Below, one piece after another: positions 56,271-64,000 of a DNA stretch of 64,000 nt (position 1 is the stretch's first letter; the number at the start of each line of letters is the position of its first letter). This stretch comes from Mobula hypostoma (Eukaryota): NCBI RefSeq assembly GCF_963921235.1, contig NC_086107.1:106580001-106644000 (forward strand). Direction: 5' to 3'. Both the position numbers and the translations under genes were made by a program. The notes beneath the pieces were generated by a model that did not search any database, was not told the origin of the DNA, and was given only the letters and a program-made list of their open reading frames with translations.

Positions 56271-56897
56271 AAAAGGGATGGATTGATTGAGCAAGCTGGG
56301 GCTTTTCTCTTTGGAGAGAAGGAGGATGAGAGGTGACTCAGTAGAGGTGTATAAGATGATGTGACATAGACGGAATGGATAGCCACAGATTTTTTCCCAA
56401 GGTGGAAGTAAATTCCTGTGCAAAAGTCTTAGGCACAAATATAGCTCAGGTGCCTAAGAGTTTTGCACTGTACTGTATTTGTCAACATGAAGCGGAGAGC
56501 GAGTTTGTAAATCTAGTGGAATCAAAGGATGTTGGGAATGGCACTGTGGGAAGGGTGTGGGACAGGTGGCAGAGAAGGAGTGGGGGGGGGGAGTGGTATG
56601 GGTGCAGGCACATCCAGCCCTGAGACACCAGGCAAGGTCATTTGATTCCATACAATTGGTTTATTGATCATTACAGAATGTCTCTCTGGTGCTTCCCACT
56701 TCCTCCCCTCTCCCTTCCCCTTTTCCCAACCATGATTCCCCTCTCCCTGCCCCCTTCCCACTCTCAGTTCACAATAGAGACCCGTATCAGAACCAGGTTT
56801 ATCATCACTCACATATATCATGAAATTTGTTGGGTTTTTTTTTGTGGCAGCAGTACAGAGTTACATAAAATTACTACAGTTCCATGCAAACGTCTTT

Positions 56898-57110
56898 GCC
56901 GGCTGGTGGCGTAGTGGCATCAGCGCCGGACTTCAGAGTGAAGGCTCCCGAGTTCGAATCCGGCCGGCTCCCTTGCACGCTTTCCATCCGTGCTGGGTTG
57001 AGCATCGAGCTAGCAACTCAGCCTCGTAAAAATAAGAAAGCCTGCAAAAAAAACGCCGTCATGACAGCGTCCCGATGACTCCACTGGGAGTTAAGGGCTT
57101 TCTTCTCCTT
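56898..57110 (+). mobile_element. tRNA-headed SINE. Related head at ~43327-43400
   Basis: A-box TGGCGTAGTGG and B-box GAGTTCGAATCC, followed by a non-tRNA body. Confidence 0.65.
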
Positions 57111-58022
57111 CCTCTTCATGCAAACATCTTAAGCACCCTGGTTATATATGTGTACCTAAGACTTCTGCAAAGTACTGTTGCTGTACAAGGAGGGTTAATC
57201 TTTAAGTGTTTGGAGGAAAGTATAGGGCAGATGTAAGAGGTAAGTTTTTTAAACAGAGTGTAGGTGTGTGGAACACTCTGCCAGAGATGGCATTGGAGGC
57301 AGATACATTAGGGGCATTTGAGAGACTCTCAGATAGGCACAAGGATGCAAGAAAAATGGAGGACTAAGTGGGAGGGAAGAGTTAATTAATCTAAGGGTAG
57401 ATTAAAGGGCTGGCACAACATTTCAGGCCAAAGAGTCTGTATTGTGCAGTACTGTTCCATGAATTCCCAAGAAGAAAATCGGGAGGGCTAAAAGAGGGCA
57501 TGAGGTTGCTCTAGCAGAGAAGGTGAAGGAGATATGAAGAGCAAAAGGATAGCAAGGTACAAAATTGGTCTTCTTGAAGATTGACTATGCATGGAGCCAA
57601 AAGAGGTGTTGGCGATCTTAAATGTATTTTTTGCATCTGTATTTACTCAAGAGACAGTCACAGAGTCTGCAGAAGTGAGGCAAACACCAGCAAAGTCATG
57701 GACCATATATGCTTTACAGCGTAGGAGATGTTTGCTGTCTTGAGCCAAATTAGGGTGGGTAAATCTCCAGGGTCTGACGAGGTGTAACTTCTGATATTGT
57801 GGCAGGCTAGAATAGAAATTGCAATGGCCTTAGCAACAAGTGAGATGCTGGAGGATTGGAGGATAGTTAATGTGGTTCCCTTGTTTAAAAAAGGCTCTAA
57901 GAAATAACTGGGAAATTATAGGCCGGTGAGCCCGACATCAGCAGTGGGTGTTATTGGAAGATATTCTAAGGGACCAGATATATAAGTACTTGGATAGACC
58001 TGGACTGATTGGGGATAGTTAA

Positions 58023-58989
58023 GCAGCACACATCAAAGTTGCTGGTGAACGCAGCAGGCCAGGCAGCATCTCTAGGAAGAGGTACAGTCGATGTTTCGGG
58101 CTGAGACCCTTCGTCAGGACTAACTGAAGGAAGAGCTAGTAAGAGAATTGAAAGTGGGAGGGGGAGGGGGAGATTCAAAATGATAGGAGAAGACAGGAGG
58201 GGGAGGGATGGAGCCAAGAGCTGGACAGTTGATTGGCAAAAGGGATATGAGAGGATCATGGGACGGGAGGCCCAGGGAGAAAGAAAGGGGGAGGGGGGAA
58301 GCCCAGAGGATGGGCAAGGGGTATAGTGAGAGGGACAGAGGGAGAAAGAGGAGAGAGAGAGAAAGAATGTGTGTATATAAATAAATAACGGATGGGGTAC
58401 TAGGGGGAGGTGGGGCATTAGCGGAAGTTTGAGAAGTCCACGGCCTCCTCTACTGTAAAGATGAAGCCACACTCAGGTTGGAGGAACAACACCTTATATT
58501 CCATCTGGGTAGCCTCCAACCTGATGGCATGATCATTGACTTCTCTAACTTTCGCTAATGCCCCACCTCCCCTCGTACCCCATCTGTTATTTATTTATAT
58601 ACACACATTCTTTCTCTCTCTCTCCTTTTTCTCCCTCTGTCCCTCTCACTATACCCCTTGCCCATCCTCTGGGTTTTCCCCCCCTCCCCGCTTTCCTTCT
58701 CCCTGGGCCTCCCGTCCCATGATCCTCTCATATTCCTTTTGCCAATCACCTGTCCAGCTCTTGGCTCCATCCCTCCCCCTCCTGTCTTCTCCTATCATTT
58801 TGGATCTCCCCCTCCCCCTCCCACTTTCAAATCTCTTACTAGCTCTTCCTTCAGTTAGTCCTGACGAGGGGTCTTGGCCCGAAACGTCGACTGTGCCTCT
58901 TCCTAGAGATGCTGCCTGGCCTGCTGCGTTCACCAGCGACTTGGATGTGTGTTGCTTGAATTTCCAGCATCTGCAGAATTCCTCATGTG
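58023..58989. mobile_element. Large fold-back Penelope insertion (~415-bp inverted arms)
   Basis: 58023-58439 is the reverse complement of ~58535-58955, with the GIY-YIG tail as spacer. TSD tggggatagtYaa at 58010-58022 and 58990-59002. Confidence 0.88.
58857..58892 (+). ncRNA. Minimal type I hammerhead ribozyme motif (Penelope-borne)
   Basis: agtc-CTGACGA-gggg(tcttgg)ccc-GAAAC-GTC-gact, with a G-C pair closing helix II. Confidence 0.72.
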
Positions 58990-61519
58990 TGGGGATAGTC
59001 AACATGGCTTTGTGCATGGCAAGTCACGTATACCCAATTTTATAGAGTTTTTCAAGGAAGCTACCAGGCAAGGCAGTGGATGTTGTCTACACGGACTTTA
59101 GCAAGGCCTTTGACAAGGTCCTGCATGGGAGGTTGGTCAAGAAGGTTCAGTCGCTTGGCATTCAAGGTGAGCTAGTAAATTGGATTAGACATTGGCTTCA
59201 AGAGTGAAGCTGGAGAGAGGCAGTAGATGGTTGCTTCTCTGACTGGAGGCCTGTGGCTAGTGGTTTGCCGCAGGAAATGGTGCTGGGTCCAATATTGCTT
59301 GTCAACTATATCAATGATCTGATTAATAACATAGTAAACTGGAGATGACACCAAGATTGGGGTGCAGTGGACAGCAAGGAAGACTATCAAAGCTTGCAGT
59401 GGGATCTGAACTCAGCAGGAAAAATGGGCTGAAAAATGGCAAATGGAATTTAAAACAAGAGAAAATCTGCAGATGCTGGAAATCAGAGCAACACACACAA
59501 AATGCTGGAGGAACTCAGCAGACCAGGCAGCATCTATGGAAAAGCCCCATCCTGATAAAGGGTCTTGGCCCGAAACGTCGACTATACTCTTTCCCATAGA
59601 AGCTGCCTGGTCTGTTGAGTTCCTCCAGTATGTGTTAGATGGAATTTAATGCACACAAGTGTGAGGAGTTGCTCCTTGGGAGGACAAACCAGGGTAGGAT
59701 TTACATGGTAGAATAGAGAGATCTGGGAATTTATGATTCTTTGAAAGTGGTATCACCATAAAGAGAACTTATGGCACATTGGTCTTCATAAATCAAAGTA
59801 CTGAGTACAGGGTTTGAGATGTTATATTGAAGTTGTACAAGACATTGTTGAGGCCCAATCTGGAGTATTGTGTGCAGTTTTGGTCACCTACCTACTGGAA
59901 AGTTGCTAATAAGATTGAAAGAGTACAGAGAACATTTACAAGGATGTTGCCAGGACTTGAGGGCCTGAGTTACTGGGAAAATTTGAAAAGGTTGGGACTT
60001 TATTCCCTGCAGCGTAGGAGAATGAGGGGAGATTTGATAAAAGTATGCAAAATTATGAGGGGTGTAGATAGGGCAAATGAAAGCTGGCTATTTGCACCGA
60101 GGTTGGGTGAGATTGGAATTAAAAGCTATAGGTCAGGACTAGGTTTAATATCATCGGCATGTGTTGTGAAATTTGGTAACAGCAGTACATTGCAATACAT
60201 GATAAATATAGAAAAAAATAAAATGAACTATGGTAAGTATATACATATCTTCTTCTTCTTCTTGCGCCCATAACTCCTGGTGGAGTCGTCGGGGTGCCGT
60301 CATGACCAGCTTTGCACCGGTTTGATGTGCTCATCATGCGGCGTGTCTTGGGCATCTGAAACCTGGCGGAGCCCATCCCTCTCCAGGTTTGACCGCAGCC
60401 AATTTCCTCCAACTAGGTCGCTCGCCTCCGTCGCGAACACGTGGCCGTTATAGTTCATCTGAGAACCTTTCCGCCCCAGCCCTTGACTTCACCATGGAAG
60501 TCTTTCGCCCAGTGGTGCCGTGTTAACACCACCCCCTCACATGGTTTAGCCCACCAGCTGACGCGGTTTACCGGGGTATGACGCTTGGGGCCAACACGTG
60601 AGAGATTTAGGAGATGGATGAGGACCAGTGATCCCGTCCACCCTATCTAGTAGGGAGCAGCATGCCAGACATCAAAGTACTGCCTCTATCCAGAGCCCCC
60701 TATACCCCATATATACATATACTCATATCAAATAGTTAAATTAAAAATAGTGCAAACACAGAAATAATAAAAAAGCAGTGAGGTAGTGTCCACGGGTTCA
60801 ATGTCTATTTAGGAATCGGGTGGTAGAGGGACAGAAGCTGTTTCTGAATTGCTGAGTGTGTGCCTTCAGGCTTCTGTATCTCCTTCCGTTAAGGGTGAAA
60901 GATGAAATGCTTAAGGGGAACATGAGAAGGGAGTTCTTCACTCAGAGGGTGGTGAGAGAGTTGAATGAGCTGGTCAGCAGAAGTGGTGGATGCAGATTGG
61001 ATCTCAACGTTTAAGAGAAGTTTGGTTGAGTACATGAATGGGAGTGGTATGGCAGGCTGTGGTCCAGATGTGGGTTGGTGAGACGAGTCAGGTAATAGTC
61101 CAGCATGGACTAGATGGGCCAAAGGACCTGTTTCTGTGCTGTATTGGCTCTATGACTCTGAATGGGAACCAATGTAGATCAGTAAGCACTTGGGAAGAAG
61201 ACATTACATTGCTCTCACTTCAAACCATGTCACTAGGTGAGCTGCCTTGTAGTAATGGTGAAGAGCAGGAAGAGGAAGCCCACCTTCCTCCTCAACACCT
61301 CCCACAGGTGGGCAGAGAGGGGGTGGGGGGTTCTTCCAAGTTGAAAGAGTGCCATGGAAGCTTTTACATCGACCTGAACAGGAAGCAAGGTTTTTGGTTT
61401 AATGGTACCAAATCTCCAATAGTCCAATAGTTTTTCACTGTTAGAGGGACGGTGCCAAGGGAGTGCCACACTGTCGGAGGGACGGTGCCGAGGGAGTGCT
61501 GTCTTTGCAGCAATGTATC

Positions 61520-62203
61520 AGTCCGCGGCCCGGAGGTTGGGGACCACTGAATTATAAGTCAATAGCATCATAACATTTTAAGTAATGTTTGGATATTAAA
61601 CACACAGCACGTATGTTCCTCGTATGAACATATAAAATCATTGCAACACACCCACGTCACTGAATCAGTGGGATCCCTGGGCTTGTTTTCCTGCAACAAG
61701 ACGGTCACATCGAGGGGTGATGGGAGACAGCGATACTCGAACGGGGTTCCTTATGTCCAGTCTATTCCGCAATTTAGTTTTCGTTGCATTCATTGCAGAA
61801 AACTCCGCTTCGCAGAGATACGATGTTGGAAATGGAAGCAACGTTTTCAGTGCTTCCGTAAGCTATCTCGGGATATTCAGCCTTGACTTTGATCCAGAAT
61901 GCCGACAGAGATGTTATGTCAAACATACTTTTCAGCCCACTGTCATTTGCAAGCTCGAGGAGTTGATCTTTTTCCCGCACTGACATGGATGATTCACGGG
62001 GGACATTCACACATGGGTCACGGACCCATTCATTTGCACATCTTGGGTCATTTGCGTTTTGGGTCACTGATGACCTCGCGTGCGTTAAAGTTCAACAGTG
62101 GGGGTGACAGGGAATGAGGAAAGGTGCAGCTGACTCATATCGTTTCATATCGCCAAATCATATCGTTTCCTCGCGGCCCGGAAGCGCAGGTTGGGGACCA
62201 CTG
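61520..62203 (-). mobile_element. hAT (Charlie/Buster-like) transposon remnant
   Basis: Minus-strand LLELAND..LK..F....LSAFWIKVKAEYPEIA / LLPFPTSYLCEAEFS...KTKLRNRLD is the hAT C-terminal dimerisation domain. Terminal CAGTGGTCCCCAACC (rc) at ~62189-62203. Confidence 0.85.
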
Positions 62204-62258
62204 GTTTAGATAACATAAAGCAGAATGGATTTTAAGACTTTTTTTTTATATCTTCCAG

Positions 62259-62717
62259 GGATTTGCCAGCTACCCTGATGCACGGATGACGGGAGCGCGC
62301 ATGTCAGAGCACCGGATGCCAGAGCCCCGGATGCCAGAGCCCCGGATGCCAGAGCCTCGGATGCCAGAGCCCCGGATGCCAGGCTCCCGAATGCCAAGCT
62401 CCCGGATGATGGATTCCGGAATGCCAGATTTCCAAATGATGGAATCACGAATGGCGGCCCCCCGGCTGCCAGATCCCCGGCACGATTCCCGAATATCAAA
62501 TTCCCGCATGCCTAGTTCCCGGGTGCCGGAGCCCCGGCCGGTGCCCTCACTGGGCCGCAGCGCACACTTCAGCGAGCCCTCCATCCGCAGAAGCTTCAAC
62601 CCGCAGCCGTCACTGAGCGAAGCAGTTCCCCGGTTCAGGCAGTCCTGTAGCCCACAACCGCCCTTCCAAGAGGGCCCAGTGGTAACCAGGAAGCCCAGTG
62701 ACTGCCCTCCCGTGCAG
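62259..62717 (+). CDS. GRAP2: GRAP2 exon encoding the SH2 to C-SH3 linker (153 aa, Pro/Arg/Met/Ser-rich, ending RKPSDCPPVQ)
   Basis: Strong acceptor tttttttttatatcttccag, donor CAG|gtaagt, 459 nt open in phase 0 to 0 and compatible with the previous exon. GC-rich island. A long linker after the SH2 distinguishes GRAP2 from GRB2 and GRAP. Confidence 0.85.
62283..62534 (+). repeat. Coding 15-nt tandem repeat (consensus CGGATGCCAGAGCCC, RMPEP), about 17 units
   Basis: Four RMPEP units flanked by degenerate ones (RMTGA, RMSEH, RMPGS, RMPSS, RMMDS, RMAAP, RLPDP, RVPEP). Confidence 0.92.
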
Positions 62718-64000
62718 GTAAGTCCGAGTCAAAAACACACTGAGTGGTAGGGGAGCAAAAAGATCGATTGCGTTTACGTTTGGCCAGGGTGCTTCAGGTC
62801 TGGCGGAGGACTTGGGACGTAGAACATAGAATATAGAGCAGCTCAGCTCAGAACAGGCCCCTCCGCCCATGATGTTGCAATGGCCACTTAACCTTTGGCA
62901 TCACTGCAGGTCAAGTCCACTCTCGCACATAGCCCTCCATTGTTCCTTCATCCTCGTTCCTCTCTACGAGTGTCTTAAAACTCCTTAATGTATCTGCCTC
63001 TACTACCACCCCAGCACTGCGTTCCACGCCCCTATCTCTGTGTAAAAAAAACACATCTCTGGCATCCACCCTCTATGCTGTCCACCAACCACCTTAAAAT
63101 TACGCCCCCTCATAATAACCATTTACACTCTTGGAAATGGGCGCTGGCTGTCCACTTGATCAGCTATCATTTTATAAGCCTCTATCGAATCATCTCTCAT
63201 CCTCCTTTGCTCCAAAGAGAAAAAACCTAACTCACTCAACCTTTCCTTCTAAGACATGCTCTCTAATCCAGGCACCATCCTAGTAACACACATCAAAGTT
63301 GCTGGTGAACACAGCAGGCCAGGCAGCTGAAGGGCCTCGGCCTGAAACGTTGACTGTACCTCTTCCTAGAGCTGCTGTCTGGCCTGCTGCGTTCACCAGC
63401 AACTTTGATGTGTGTTGCTTGAATTTCCAGCATCTGCAGAATTCCTTGTGTTTGCATTTTTACCATCCCAGTAAGTCTCCTCTACACCCTCTCTAAAGCT
63501 TCCACATCTGATCCTCCTATCGTGAGATGACAGGAAATGAACACAATACTCCAGAGACTAACCAGGGTTTTGTAAAGCTGCAACATTACCTTGCGGCTCT
63601 TGATCTCAATCCCCTGACTAATGAAGGCCAACACACCATATACCTTCTTAACCACACGGTCAACCTTTTGGAATGTGGCCACTGTTGTGACAGAGTAAAC
63701 ATGGCAGCTAATTTAGACATGTGGGGTTGGTGCAGGAAAGGGCCACTGAGATAAAGGAAGCAAACTCGAGGGGCTGAGGGGCTGACTTCTACCTCTTCTT
63801 CTTAAGCGCAGCAACCTCTCACAAAATGCAATTTGATGGTGGCTGGATGATTTGCGTGAGAAATGTGGACAGAGGGGAAACATATTGTCCAGGGCAACAG
63901 CGCCAATCCTTCTGCTCTTCAATGTCCTGGTACATAAACGAGCGCACATCAGGTCAGGAGTAACTCTCACACGAAAGAAAGCACATTTAATAGTGCAGCG

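Larger units (their letters stand above)
57470..60120 (+). mobile_element. Long decayed CR1 ORF2 (RT) fragment interrupted by two Penelope fold-back insertions
   Basis: Broken RT motifs (NVVPLFKKG, NYRPVS, VDVVYTDFSKAFDKV, LYKTLLRPNLEYCVQFWSP) with stops and frameshifts. Confidence 0.85.

Noticed and set aside
56898..56975. Possible tRNA gene
   Set aside because: It has A and B boxes but continues into a SINE body, has no clear Pol III terminator, and has a diverged sibling at ~43327.
62206..62599. Minus-strand ORFs with ASGAL or GSGIR repeats
   Set aside because: Antisense shadows of the 15-nt coding repeat in the GRAP2 linker exon.

Overview
This is eukaryotic, repeat-dense vertebrate genomic DNA. 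Its repeat content (V-SINE/HE1-type SINEs, Deu-SINE remnants, CR1, Rex1/Babar, Penelope) suggests a cartilaginous fish, probably a ray; that assignment is inference. The only well-supported host gene is GRAP2/GADS on the + strand. Four phase-compatible GT-AG exons (47232-47323, 48966-49085, 52554-52722, 62259-62717) encode most of the N-SH3, the SH2 domain and a long linker built on an RMPEP-type pentapeptide repeat. I could not find the ATG exon or the C-SH3 exon, so both probably lie outside the window. Nearly all listed ORFs are transposon debris or tandem-repeat artefacts. Highlights: (1) about 20 Penelope terminal repeats carry minimal hammerhead ribozyme motifs, four of them intact on the GRAP2 sense strand; (2) at least six fold-back Penelope insertions have ~13-bp target-site duplications; (3) the GADS linker has a Met/Arg/Pro repeat expansion; (4) two oppositely oriented 33-bp minisatellites bracket three GRAP2 exons; (5) several haematopoietic TF-motif clusters and weak antisense exon-like islands are present. 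I see no evidence for a wholly new multi-gene system.
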